Of a DNA stretch of 64,000 bases, positions 31,258 to 43,031 are shown piece after piece. Made by a program: the position numbers and the translations under genes. Every line of letters begins with the position of its first letter. Within the stretch, counting starts at the first letter, position 1. The notes beneath the pieces were generated by a model. It made no database searches, was not told the origin of the DNA, and was given only the letters and a program-made list of their open reading frames with translations. The stretch lies in IMG/VR virus record IMGVR_UViG_2724679563_000003, positions 1-64,000 of that record. One strand, 5' to 3'. The stretch is from an uncultured virus (IMG/VR IMGVR_UViG_2724679563_000003) (lineage: Duplodnaviria > Heunggongvirae > Uroviricota > Caudoviricetes).

Positions 31258-31413
31258 ATGAATGTCAAAAGGTGGAATGATAATAAAAATAAGCTTAAAG
31301 AAAAAAAGACATCACAAAACTATACAGTGGCAAATACTAAAGATGTAATTTTATCAATCAAAAAGTGTAATAGAAAATATGCTAAAGCGTTAAAGAAGTT
31401 AGCTGATTCGTAA
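31258..31413 (+). CDS. Small antitoxin-like protein (51 aa, not in the track)
   Basis: RBS aggag. MNVKRW... leader shared with the two antitoxins. Ends KYAKALKKLADS. Confidence 0.55.
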   Translation: MNVKRWNDNKNKLKEKKTSQNYTVANTKDVILSIKKCNRKYAKALKKLADS

Positions 31414-31420
31414 AAGTGGA

Positions 31421-31768
31421 GTGATAGTTATGGGTAAAGTTATTAATATTTTTGATTATAAAAAAGAAACCTTAACAAAGGAAGAAATAATGGAAGCAAA
31501 AGCAGATTTACTATATGATGATGATGGATACTTAGATATGTTTTTTGAGGAAGAGTATAATGATAAAATAGAAATTGAGGATATAGATGTAGAAGCAAAA
31601 TTAGCTAGAAGTAAGGAACTTTTAAAATCTTATTCTTTACTAGATATGATTCTTGATTCAAAAAAGAGAAAAGAAGTCTATGATTATTATGATAGAAATT
31701 ATGAATCTACTCCAGAAGAAGACAAGATATTTAACGAAATGAGAGGAAAATATAAAGAAGAAGATTAA
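31421..31768 (+). CDS. Acidic hypothetical protein
   Basis: 115-aa ORF. Probable start ATG 31430. Confidence 0.6.
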   Translation: MIVMGKVINIFDYKKETLTKEEIMEAKADLLYDDDGYLDMFFEEEYNDKIEIEDIDVEAKLARSKELLKSYSLLDMILDSKKRKEVYDYYDRNYESTPEEDKIFNEMRGKYKEED

Positions 31769-31793
31769 ATAAGATTATTAGGAGGAGTTTATT

Positions 31794-31955
31794 ATTAAAA
31801 AAATAATTAAAAAACCTAATAGTATATTAAAGTCTATAGAAATAAGTTTTCAAGAAATACAGGATTTTAATAAAGGTAAGAAAAAATTAAAATCATTAAA
31901 AGAATCTCAACAATTATGGGATAAATGGGCAGAAGAATCAGAAAAAGAGGTGTAA
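31794..31955 (+). CDS. Antitoxin-like ORF with ATT start or mutated start codon
   Basis: Strong RBS aggaggag at 31780-31787. Open frame ...SILKSIEISFQEI..FNKGKKKLKSLKE... resembles the 28843 antitoxin. Confidence 0.45.
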   Translation: MKKIIKKPNSILKSIEISFQEIQDFNKGKKKLKSLKESQQLWDKWAEESEKEV

Positions 31956-31958
31956 TCT

Positions 31959-32213
31959 ATGAGTGACAGATTATCTGAATTACAAAAAGAACTAGATAAT
32001 AATCTATATAAAGCTACTATAATTGCTAAAAAAAATACTAAAAGAAATGAAATGGGGCAAGTTATAATTTCAGAAGATGAAGAAGAAAAGTGTGAATGGG
32101 ACATTATTGCAGATATATTCACTAATGCTATAAGAAGAAAAGGATTAAATTCAAAGCAGGTTGAAGATATCTCAAAAAAAATTTTAGATGAGGTAAGAAA
32201 TAAATGCGAGTAG
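31959..32213 (+). CDS. Antitoxin-like hypothetical protein
   Basis: 84 aa. Its end overlaps an ORF starting MRVVVDT, a PIN-toxin-like start. Confidence 0.55.
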   Translation: MSDRLSELQKELDNNLYKATIIAKKNTKRNEMGQVIISEDEEEKCEWDIIADIFTNAIRRKGLNSKQVEDISKKILDEVRNKCE

Positions 32214-32332
32214 TTGTAGACACAATAAAGTTAACTCCATCAGATACACTAGATAAAGATGAGAAAAGTGATTGCTTTGCAGATTGGTATGAAGAAGAAC
32301 TTATTGAAAAGTATAGAAAATATAATAGATAA
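32204..32332 (+). pseudogene. Truncated PIN-toxin-like remnant (42 aa)
   Basis: MRVVVDT matches the PIN-domain N-terminal xxVDTN strand. The rest is unrelated and far too short for a PIN domain. Confidence 0.4.
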
Positions 32333-32393
32333 ACTAAAGATATATAACTTATAAAGGCTTTATTATAAATATTTTGTTGGGGGTATAAGTGTT

Positions 32394-32549
32394 ATGAAAA
32401 GGTCTTTGAATTTAAACAAACTAGCAATAAAAAATATAACTACCATATCATCAAAAGAGGCATTAAAAGATGTTGTACCTTTTAAATGGAGTGAAGAAGT
32501 ATTAAATGGTACTAAAAAAATCAAAGTTATGAGCTTTTTGTTTCGCTAA
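32394..32549 (+). CDS. Small hypothetical protein (51 aa, not in the track)
   Basis: RBS ggggg. MKRSLNL...ISSKEALKDVVPFKWSEEVLNG... Confidence 0.5.
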   Translation: MKRSLNLNKLAIKNITTISSKEALKDVVPFKWSEEVLNGTKKIKVMSFLFR

Positions 32550-32786
32550 AATTTTCAATAAAACTTTGTACTTTAATATATAATTCATAACTTTTAATAA
32601 CCATCTTGTCTATATTTTTGGTACGAATTACCATCAATGTTATACCAATTTATGGTAATATATAAATATGCTAATTATTTAATATATATAAACGAAATAG
32701 ATTATAAGCATATTTATTAAATATTATATTTTTCTTAAAGAATATTTTGTAAAATATTGATATTTTGTACTGGGAGTGGTAAAATT

Positions 32787-33020
32787 ATGAATATAAAGAG
32801 ATGGACAGGCTGTGAGAAGCCAAGGGTGTATACAGCTAAAATAGTTAAAAATAAGGGGGAAGGACATATGGCAGTATCTAAAGCATATTTATCTTGTTTA
32901 GATAAAGAAGCTACTCAATTATTTAAAAAAGACATAGAATCTGCTAATTTAAAACCAACTGTAGCAAAAAAAGGATTAGAATTATTTAAAAAACTAACTT
33001 GTGACGAAAGAGATAGCTAA
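32787..33020 (+). CDS. Putative antitoxin of the GNAT toxin
   Basis: Small ORF overlapping the GNAT start. Shares the MNI.RW.G leader with 28843. Alternative start at 32868. Confidence 0.55.
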   Translation: MNIKRWTGCEKPRVYTAKIVKNKGEGHMAVSKAYLSCLDKEATQLFKKDIESANLKPTVAKKGLELFKKLTCDERDS

Positions 33021-33570
33021 TATGAATTTTTGTGAAGAAAAACTAGATGAGGATAAACACTTTAAAGAAATTAGTGATTTTGTATGTGGTGAAAATGAAT
33101 CATTAGAAATATTTTTAAAATGTCATGCAATAAAATATCATAATAGCTCTCAAGGTATGACTTATATAATAAAAATGGATAATAAAGTTATTGCTTTTTA
33201 TACATTAAAATGTAATGCTGTTCAGGTTGAAGATACTAATGGTAAAGAGTGTATACCTATGGTTGAATTAGCTAGACTTGCAGTAGATTCAGAGTATCAA
33301 TGTAAAGGCTATGGTACAGTAATATTTCTTGGATACATGTTACCTAAAATTTTGCACGTAAGGGATTTAGTAGCAGCAAAAGCCATTATGGTGTTTGTTG
33401 AAAAAGAAGATAAAAACGCTATTAATTTCTACAAAAAAGTAGGTTTTAAGATGGCTGATGAAAAAGTTCAAAATCATATAGAAGAATGGTATTCAGAGGG
33501 CTGTAGCATTATGGTGTTGAATTTAGATACAGCCGAAGAAATATTAAGGCAAATACAAGAAGGAAATTGA
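33001..33570 (+). CDS. GNAT acetyltransferase (AtaT/TacT-like toxin)
   Basis: DF.CG..SL..FL, FYTL, IP.VELARLAVD..YQ.KG.G, A..FY.K.GF. Confidence 0.8.
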   Translation: MTKEIANMNFCEEKLDEDKHFKEISDFVCGENESLEIFLKCHAIKYHNSSQGMTYIIKMDNKVIAFYTLKCNAVQVEDTNGKECIPMVELARLAVDSEYQCKGYGTVIFLGYMLPKILHVRDLVAAKAIMVFVEKEDKNAINFYKKVGFKMADEKVQNHIEEWYSEGCSIMVLNLDTAEEILRQIQEGN

Positions 33571-33610
33571 GAACTCTTAAATATTAAATTATTTAAGAGT
33601 TCTTTTATTT
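33571..33610 (+). terminator. Intrinsic terminator
   Basis: gaactcttaaata/tatttaagagttc stem plus ttttattt. Confidence 0.7.
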
Positions 33611-33734
33611 GCATAAAATTAATTAACTAAAGGCATTTTCATAATGTCTTTTTATTTTTGCTTAATATATCTACATAAAAAATATTATGTAAAGGTAATT
33701 AAAGTAAACAAAATATGAAAGGAGGAATTTTTTA

Positions 33735-35207
33735 ATGGGTCTAGGCATACATACTTCGTTTACTTTCGAAAGTTTTGATTCGTTAAATGCAAAAGCTCAA
33801 AACTTATTAAAGAAAGTGGGAGAAAATAGTAAAATAAAATTAGATTTTTCAGACGGAATGTCTTTAGATAAAATGCAACAAGAAGTAAACAAGCTACAAC
33901 AGGAAATTATTAAAGCTAGTAAACAGTCTAGTCAAACATTTATAAAGACTTTTGATGATGTAAATAAACAATTTGAACAACAAATAGATAAAATAAAAAA
34001 TAATTTGAAAAGTATAGGGTCTAATGTAAATGTTAATTCTATAAAAGATGATTATGGAAAGATAATAGGTGCTTTAGCTCAGTATGAAGATAAAGCTGGA
34101 AATGTTATAACTAAAAATTATGAGATTGGGAAATCACTTAATGAAATAAATGAAAAAGGCAAATACATAGAAAAATTAAAACTAAAATTAGTAGATGACA
34201 GTGATTTAAAAAATCAAAATAAAGCATTGAGTTTTTTAGATGAAGAAAAGAAGAAAATTGAGCAATTAAATAAAACAACTGCAAAAGTAAAATTTGATAC
34301 AGATGGTAATGGCAATATTCAAAAAGCTACTATTACATATACTGATGGAATGAATCGTGCTGTTGCAGAAACATATAAGTTGAAAACAGCAACACGAGAT
34401 TTAGAAAATGTAATAAAAAGAACTATGAGTTTTGAAAAGACAGGAACTACTTATAGTGATAATATAGCAAAAAGTTTAAGAACTTTAGATCAATATCAAA
34501 AGGCTATAGATAAATTAAATGAAAAGAATATAAATTTGGGTGGTGGTCAACAAAGTCAACAATTTGTTAGTAATCTTAAAGACGCTCAAACAATAATTGA
34601 TAAAACTAAAGCTTCAGGGGAATCTATGACCAAAAGTTTAAAAACCAATCTTGATATTTTAATTAACAAGATGAATTTAGAAAATAAAACAATTAAAGAA
34701 AATAACACTGAAATGAAGAAAAAAGAAAAAATAATGAAAGAAGCTCCTATAGCCATACAAGGGTATGAAAATAAAATAAATAAATTAAAAAAAACATATA
34801 AAGATTTAATTAAAGAAGCTGACTTGAAAAAATTAAGAGAAGAAATGGCTAAATTAGCACGTTCAAAAGAACCTGAAGAATACGCTAGACAATTGAAAGT
34901 TATAAAAAATGAATTTGATAAATTAGAGAGCTCTGTAAACAGTGGTGGTAAAAAGGGAAATGGAGGTATATTAGCTTCTATTGGTGAGGCAATGACAAAG
35001 TTTCCCATTTGGATAGGAGCTACTACAGCTTGGATGGAAGCTATCCACAAAGTCAAAGATGGTATTGGGTTTATATCTAATTTAGATAAGGCTCAAACTA
35101 ATATTGCTATGATAGCTGATATGAATAAAAAAGAAGTTGCTGATTTAACAGGGGAATATAGTAAATTGGCTGGTCAATTACATACTACTACATTAGAAAT
35201 GATGGGT
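33735..35207 (+). CDS. Tape measure protein, exon 1 of 4 (joined CDS 33735-43841, about 2410 aa)
   Basis: Coiled-coil protein ending LAGQLHTTTLEMMG. Joins in frame to GAEEFLRAG after intron removal. Confidence 0.85.
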
Positions 35208-35544
35208 GGACAAAGCACACTGCCCATGTAAAACCTCGTGAACCTAGAAATCTAGGGTGTCTATTCAACGTTAAGGTCAAATGGGAAATAATTTGTTAAT
35301 GAATAGGCTAACAGGGGAAGAGAAATCTAATCCTGTGCGAAATTATATTTATTTTTAAATATATAATCGTTAAACGACTATCGAAACCATAACATAAATG
35401 TAATTAGGGTTGTTTATGTGAATAAGGAAGTAGAGTGAATTAACACTGTTAGTACATCCATAGCGAAATTCTGTGGGTGGAAGTGCGAGGACTTAACCTA
35501 ATAAGCATGATATAGTCTATTGATTAATTTATAAATAATTAATG
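35208..35544 (+). ncRNA. Group I intron 1 (337 nt, no ORF) in the tape measure gene
   Basis: P1 atgggt/gcccat with U.G at the splice site, P3 cctcgt/gcgagg, P7 gactat 35376/atagtc 35512, terminal G 35544. Removal restores the frame. Confidence 0.88.
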
Positions 35545-36153
35545 GGTGCAGAAGAGTTTCTTAGAGCTGGTAGAAGCATAGAAGAGACAAAAGGATTGTT
35601 GGCGGCTTCAACTATAGGTGGAGCGATATCTGGTCAAACTACTGAAGCGGTTTCGGAACAATTAATTGCTATAACAAATGGTTTTAGTAACATGACTGAA
35701 CAAGCACAGAAAGATGGTAAAAGTTATGAAGAAGTTGTGATGCACGTTATTGACACTATTTCAACATTGGATAATGCTTCTGCTACTTCATTCCAAGAAG
35801 TTGCAAGCTCTATGATGAGAACAGCATCTTCAGCACAAATGGCAGGAGTAAGCTTTGAGACATTGGCATCTTATGTGGCTACAGTTTCGGCAACAACAAG
35901 AAAATCTGCGGAATCTATAGGAGAAAGCTTTAAAACAATTTTCGCAAGATTCCAAGACATTAAACAAAATATCAACGTTGATGATGGTGTAACTATATCT
36001 AATGTGGAAAAGTCATTGGATAAAGTAGGAGTTGCACTAAGAAAAGATAAGTATCATTTTAAAGAATTCTCACAAGTTGTTGAGGAGTTAAAGCCAAAGT
36101 GGAAAGAATTCAATGACTTACAAAAATCAGATATAGCTAAAAGTTTAGCAGGT
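35545..36153 (+). CDS. Tape measure protein, exon 2 (TP901-type TMP core)
   Basis: SAESIGESFKTIFAR motif. 203 codons, in frame at both ends. Confidence 0.85.
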
Positions 36154-36524
36154 AAAATGTGTGCCTGAGTATGCAGTAATGTATATTTAAAAATGCTTAA
36201 ATTGACGGGGAAGTCCTTAGAGTTTTATATACCAAGTTATTATGGAAACATATATAATGGCTAAGTATAACGGCTTAGGTATGGTAAAAAATATAAAAAT
36301 TGGGCAACCAAACGCAGCCAAGCATCTAAGTATAATTTAATTATATATGATGAAGGTTCAACGATTATAATAGCAATAGGAACTGTTTTTATAAATAAGC
36401 CTATAAGGTATAATCTGAACATCTATGGAAAACATAGAGAAGATATTTTAACGAATATCTCGCCATAACAAAATAATTTGTTGTGGTCAGTAGCTTATAT
36501 TTTATAAGTGAAAGTAACAGCTTG
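36154..36524 (+). ncRNA. Group I intron 2 (371 nt, no ORF) in the tape measure gene
   Basis: P1 caggt/gcctg with U.G, P7 gattat 36363/ataatc 36410, terminal G 36524. Splicing gives LAG|THQRENFLVLM. Confidence 0.85.
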
Positions 36525-39500
36525 ACTCACCAAAGGGAAAATTTCTTAGTGCTGATGGATAATTTAGAACAAGTGAATAAACTTCAAAAAGAGGTAAATA
36601 AGGCAGCAGGAAATTCAAAAAGAAAATATAATGAAGATTATGCTGAATCTGTTGAAGCGAAAGTTAAGAACCTTAAACATGCTTGGGAAGAGCTATATCA
36701 ATCTTTAATTTCTAGCGATGCCTTAAAAATAATTCTTCAAACAGGAACAAAATTGGTAGGAGTATTAGATGCCTTAATTCATTCAAGCAGAGGAACAAAA
36801 GTAAGTTTACTAGTGTTATTACCAACAATTATATTAATAGGTAAACATTTTAAGTATATGATAGATATCATAAAATCAGGTAAAGATTTAAAATTTATAG
36901 ATGTTCTTTGGGGAAGTTTGTTTGGTAAAATGACTAGTGGAGTAGGGGTTGTTGAATCTCTTAAAGGTGCTTTTAAATCTCTTTTTGGAACTATAAGTTC
37001 TTTTAATGCTTTAATAACATCTCCAACAGGATTAATGTTTGCAGGTATTGCAGTTACTATAGGTGTAGCAACTGCTGCAATAGTTAAACATATAAAACAT
37101 CAGAAAGATTTAAGAGAAGAAAATAAAAAATTAAAGAAAAGCTATGAAGATTTGACTAAAGCAATGAGAGAGAATAACAAGGAAGAAATAAAAAACGCAA
37201 TAGAAGACCCTCAAAAAGCTCAAGATGAATTGCAAGCTTTAATGAAAAGAAGAGATGAATTAAAAAAGGCAATGAAAAATACTCCTCATATGACAGGTAT
37301 GAGTGGAGAAAATAATGCTGATTTAAAAGAAACCGAAATTCGAATTCAAGAATTACAAAAATCAATTAAAAGTAGTAATTTAACACTAAATGAAACAACT
37401 GGTAAAATAATCGACATAGCAAAAGCAAAAAATCAAATTGTCAATTCAGATGTAGCAGATGCAATAAAAGAAACTGCTGAATATGAATTAAAAGAGAAAG
37501 ATTATATCGCTGGGCTATATGATGAATATAATAGATTAAGTTCAATTAAAAATAAAAGTAAAACCGAAGAAAAGGAATTAAGTAACGTTTCTGAAAAGTT
37601 AAATGATAATGTAAAAGGTTTAATTTTGACAAAAGATAAAGAAGGTAATGTAATAATTGAAAATACAGGTTTGTTAAATGATGAAGTAAAAATGCTTAAA
37701 ACCGAAGGAATGACTGTTGAAGAACTTACTAAGGCAAAATTAGAAGCAGCAAAAGAACACGCTCAAATACAAAGAGGAATGACTAAGATATCATATGAAG
37801 AAGCTAGGAAAAGAATACTTTTTCTACATGAGGAAATGAGAAAGAGAGAGCCATTAGCAGATGCTATTGATAAAGTTCTTCCATCTGCAAAGATTACAGG
37901 AATGAATCCTGTTCGAAGACAAATAGATATGTTGAAAGATGAAAGTGTGGAGTTAGAAGAACAAATGGCGAGACTAGATAGCATTTTTAAACAACCGAGT
38001 TCAATGAATATTAGTGAAACTCCAGACTTTAATCCTGTAGATCCAGAAAAGGAAAAGAAAAGTACAGATGCGTTAAAAGAAAATACGGGTGAAATTGACA
38101 AAAATCGTGAAGCTGTTAATAAAGCTAAAGAAGCTGTAAAACAATATGAGTTAGCTTTGAAATCATTAGAGTTACAAATGACTAAAAATGATATAAGTTT
38201 GGGAAGATTGTATAAGAATAGTGATGCATATAGAAAAAAATTAGACGAGAAGGCAAATTTAATTAAACAAGAAATAGCCTTAAACAAACAACAAATAGCT
38301 ACTAATAAAGAATTAGCTGGTTCACTTGGGGCTGTTAGTAGTGCATATACTAGTGGTATGAGTAGTAGTATTGGAGAACAAGTTGTAAAAAATGCACAAC
38401 AGTATCTAGGAAGACCTTATAAGTGGGGTGGTAGTACACCTAGTGAAAACTTTGACTGTTCTGGATTGGTTCAATATGTATATAAGCAAGTAGGAGTTTC
38501 TTTGAACAGAACGACATATGACCAAGTAAAACAAGGTACTCCTGTTTCAAAAAATCAATTGCAAGTAGGAGATGCTGTATTTTTTGGTAGTCCATCAGCA
38601 CCTCATCATGTAGGCATTTATATGGGGAATGGACAATATATACATGCTCCAAAAACAGGTGATGTTATAAAAGTTTCTAGTTTAAATAGTAGAAGTGATT
38701 ATGCAACTGCTAGAAGATATGTAAGTGGAAGTGGTGGGTACAATAGAGTCTCAGCATCTAATTATACTGGTGAGTATTCCAATTATATTAATGAAGCTGC
38801 TGCAAAATATGGCGTTTCTGCTGCTTTAATTGCAGCTGTAATAAAAGCCGAGTCAAATTTTAATCCTAATGATGTAAGTGGTTCAGGAGCAATCGGTCTA
38901 ATGCAACTTATGCCTGCAACAGCTAGAGAATTAGGTGTTGGAAACCCATATGATCCAAAACAAAATATTATGGGTGGCACAAGGGAATTAGCTAATTTAA
39001 TAAAAAAATATAATGGTAATTTAGATTTAGTATTAGCTGGATATAATGCAGGGGTAGGAGCTGTAGAAAAATTTGGAGGAGTTCCTCCTTATAAGGAGAC
39101 AAAAGACTATATTCCTAAAGTTAAAAAGTACATGAAAGGGTTTGGTGGATCGGAATCATCAATCCATTCAGTAATAGACGAGCAAATGGATTTAATTGGC
39201 AAATCAATGGATATGGAAAAGAAAAATGCTGAACTAATGGAAAATTTAAATAAAATAAATATTGAAAAATTAGAATCACGTTTAGGAGAATTTGATGACA
39301 AAGTTAAATCTATTGATAGGACAATTACTCAATTAAGAACAGATGTCGATTTGCAAAATAAAAATGATATTAATTATATTAACTATTTATCTAAGATAGA
39401 TGATTATACTGTTAAAAAGTTAGATACTTTAAGAAAAGAAAGAGAATTTATTGAAAAAGAAATGAAATCAGGCATTTATGATGAAACTACTATTCATATG

Positions 39501-40997
39501 TTAAGCGAAAAATATTCAGACATAGGGACAGAAATGCTTAATGTAACTAAAACTATCAAAGATGTGAGTTTAGAATTAGTCACTGCTAAATGGGAAGCCA
39601 TCCAGCAGATTTATAAAGAAAATATAGAAATGATTTCAAATGAACTAGATAGACTTAGTTTACATGAAGAAAAAAATATCAAGCAAATAATGATATTAAA
39701 GAAGCAACTAGTAGAACAAGACGAAGAAAATATTAGAAGAATGACTGAGTTAATTCGAGAAACTAATGATATAGCATATAAATATGGCAAAGATTTCTTG
39801 TTAGATAAAGTTAGAGAGTATACTGCTGAATTAGATAAAGCTAATACTGAACTAGAAAAGCATAAAAAAGAGCTAGAAGATATCAAAGACAAAATGTCTG
39901 AAATGAAGTCCACTATAGAAGATAAACTAAGAGAAGTCTTAACTAAAACTGCTGAATTAGCGAAAGAACAATTAGATAAAGTTTTAAAACATTTCGAGGA
40001 ATCTATAGATGCTGAGTTAAAGAAAATAGATGATGCAGAAAAACGAAATAGTTATAATGAACAGAAAAGCGAGCAGTTAAAAACTATAGCGGAATTACAA
40101 GAAAAGATAGCCAAATTATCAACAGATGATAGCGAAGAAGGCATAGCTAGAAGGCTAGAGTACGAAAAACAATTACAAGAGGAAATGAAGAAAAAGACTG
40201 ATCTACAGATGAAGCACAATAATGAATTAAAGAAAGAAGCCCTAACAAAACAGAAAGAAGAAAAGAAAAAAGAAATAGAAAAGAAAAAACGTGATATCGA
40301 CACAAGATTAGATAATGTTTATCTAAATTTAGATGCAAGAAAAGCACTAACTGAAGGCTATATTGAATGGATTGATGGTAAGAGAATTGGAATCCAAAAT
40401 GCTCTATTACAATTTGAGGATTTATTTGGAAAAGGGTTAACTTCACTAGGAGACAAAATAAAAAAGGAATTATTAGAACAATTAAAAGCAGCACAAGACT
40501 TAGTAAATGGAATAGATAAAAAAGACCCTGATAAAATACTTGAAGAAAATAAAACTAAAAATGTATATGGGACAGGGGCGGATTTAGCCAATGCTCGAAA
40601 GATATTAGGTTCTTTAGGATATAACTATATAGATACAAGCCTTGTAGACAAAAACAAATTACATTTTGGGAAAGATGATATAGTTGTAGGAGATACTGGT
40701 GCTATTAATGGTGTTGACAGACAAGATTTAAATGGTGCTATAAGACTAGGTGGGAAAAATAGATATGATACGGCAGGAATCATACAATTATATTCAGATA
40801 TTCAAAGTGGAAGAATTAAGCCTGTTGGCGGAATTGTATATGGTACAGGACAAGATTTAAAAAATGCTATAGCATGGCTTAGTCCTTTAGGATATGAATT
40901 TGTAGATACATCAAAAATAAATTCTAAAGATATTAATTTTAATCCAAATGATATTATTGTAGGTGGCAAAGGTGCAAAAGGTGGAGTAAACTTTGAT
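36525..40997 (+). CDS. Tape measure protein, exon 3 (NlpC/P60, lytic transglycosylase SLT and CWB2-like repeats)
   Basis: FDCSGLVQY...HVGIY, and IKAESNFNP...GAIGLMQLMP.TA...AGYNAG. Ends at the TTGAT target. Confidence 0.88.
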
Positions 40998-41480
40998 TGA
41001 CTTGCCAACGCATACTCGTGACTTCAGCCATGAGTTAGTTGGCAAACAGTTAGCATATAGAGAAATCTGTATGTAGTGGTATTAGTCACAATACCCAACA
41101 CTACTTGAATTGCTGGGAAGCCCTAAAGCTAATTAAACTACAACATAAGAATGAAATAAGTCTAAGTGTGAAAGTTACGAAAGTAGAAAAAATTAATTGG
41201 ATAGTGCAAGGTTAAATCCTAAACACTAAAACAATGGGCAATCAGCAGGTAAGCCTCGAACAGAGGAAACTTCAACGACTATTCCTCTTGAGGGAAGTAG
41301 GTACAAGCGTACCGAAGTGGGTAGACCCTAACATGTAATGATGAGGGATAAGATATAGTCTGTGCGTCATACGAAAGTATGAGAAGTTCATAAGAGAACT
41401 GCATAGGTAGTAGCGAACCTATGTGAACGATACCTCAAACATGATTAAAGAACCTACGGTTCTTATATATATTATTTAAA

Positions 41481-41681
41481 TTATTTAGGTATGAATTCAA
41501 TAACATTTTCAATGTTACAATTAAGATACACACAAATATTTTCAAGTGTTTCCATGGAAATATATTCATTTTTAGACATTTTTGCTAATGTAGCTGTGCT
41601 GAAACCAACTGCTTCACGAAGTTGAGTTTTGGACATATCTCTTTCTAATAATAATCTAAATAATGGTTTATAACTAATCAT
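41481..41681 (-). CDS. XRE/Cro-like HTH protein inside the IS605-type IStron
   Basis: MISYKPL..LL.ER.MSKT.L...VGFS.ATLAK...E.I....LE.IC..L.C.IE.VIE. RBS aaggag on the minus strand. Confidence 0.85.
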   Translation of the reverse strand: MISYKPLFRLLLERDMSKTQLREAVGFSTATLAKMSKNEYISMETLENICVYLNCNIENVIEFIPK

Positions 41682-41763
41682 TTAAATCACTCCTTTTATT
41701 TAGATTGTATCATATATATTTTATAAGTCAATATATAATATTTATAAACCTAAACAAAATATG

Positions 41764-41792
41764 TTGACATTAAATTTAGAATATGATATATT
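41764..41792 (+). promoter_or_regulatory. Sigma-A promoter for tnpB, with a divergent promoter for the HTH gene at about 41704-41731
   Basis: TTGACA-17-TATATT with extended TG. Minus strand TTGACT-16-TACAAT. Confidence 0.6.
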
Positions 41793-41837
41793 ATATTTAG
41801 AAAAGCAAATATAAGTCTTAAAATGAGGTGTTAATAA

Positions 41838-43031
41838 ATGACTTCTACAAATATTGAAAAGAATACAATAGCAAAAGGATTTAAATATAGAATTTATCCC
41901 AATAAAACTCAAATAAATCAAATAGAATTGAGTTTTAATGCTAAAAGATATGTTTGGAATTATTTTTTAAATATTAATAAACATAGATTAAAACATCATA
42001 AATCAGTATTAAATTTTGCTAAAATGTCAAGATTATTAACACTACTTAAAAAGAAAAATATATGGCTTAAACAATGTGAAAAATCTGTATTGCAAAATAC
42101 TCTAAAAAATCAATATGAAACATTTTTAAAATTCTTTAAGAAAGAATGTGGTTTTCCTAAGTTTAAATCATATAAAAGTAATTATCAATCTATTAAAATC
42201 AATTATACAAATAATAATATAGAAGTATTAGAAAAAGAAATAAAATACACATCTACAGGTAAATATAAGAAGCAAAATTGTAAAATTAAATTACCTAAAT
42301 TAAAACAAGTAAAAATAGCTTATTCAAGACAATATCAAGGTAGAATAGTTAGTTCTACTTTATCAAGAGATACAGATGGTAAATATTATATTAGTTTGTG
42401 TTGTGTAGATGTACCACAAGAAAATAAAGAGAAAACAGGTTTAGTAGTTGGAATAGATTTAGGAATAAAAGAGTTTGCAACTACAAGTGATAATAAAGTT
42501 ATTTCTAATCCTAAATATTATAGAAGATATGAAGATAAATTAATAAAAGCTCAAAGAAAACTTAGTAAACGTAAAAAAGGTAGCAATAATAGAAATAAAC
42601 AAAGATTAAAAGTAAACAAATATCATAAAAAAATTTATAATTGTAGAATAGATTTTCTTCAAAAATTAACTACAGATTTTATTAATAACTATGATATTAT
42701 TTGCATGGAAGATTTGAATACAAGTGGAATATTACAAAATCATAAGTTAGCTAAAAGTATAGCAGATGCAAGTTTCTTTGAGTTTAATAGAGAATTAGAA
42801 TATAAAACAAAATGGTACGGTAAAATATATCAACAAATAGATAGATTTTATCCATCTAGTCAATTATGTAGCGATTGTGGCAATCAATCACAACAAACTA
42901 AAGACTTAGGAGTAAGGGCATATATCTGTGAGAAATGTGGTTTAGTAATAGATAGAGATTATAATGCTAGTATTAATATTTTAAATGAAGGTTTAAGAAT
43001 AATTAATAATAAAAAAGTAGTAAGTATGTAA
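41838..43031 (+). CDS. tnpB: TnpB RNA-guided endonuclease (IS605 type)
   Basis: KYRIYP N-terminus. RuvC GIDLG / MEDLN / DRDYNA intact. Zn finger CSDC..CEKC. Confidence 0.93.
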   Translation: MTSTNIEKNTIAKGFKYRIYPNKTQINQIELSFNAKRYVWNYFLNINKHRLKHHKSVLNFAKMSRLLTLLKKKNIWLKQCEKSVLQNTLKNQYETFLKFFKKECGFPKFKSYKSNYQSIKINYTNNNIEVLEKEIKYTSTGKYKKQNCKIKLPKLKQVKIAYSRQYQGRIVSSTLSRDTDGKYYISLCCVDVPQENKEKTGLVVGIDLGIKEFATTSDNKVISNPKYYRRYEDKLIKAQRKLSKRKKGSNNRNKQRLKVNKYHKKIYNCRIDFLQKLTTDFINNYDIICMEDLNTSGILQNHKLAKSIADASFFEFNRELEYKTKWYGKIYQQIDRFYPSSQLCSDCGNQSQQTKDLGVRAYICEKCGLVIDRDYNASINILNEGLRIINNKKVVSM

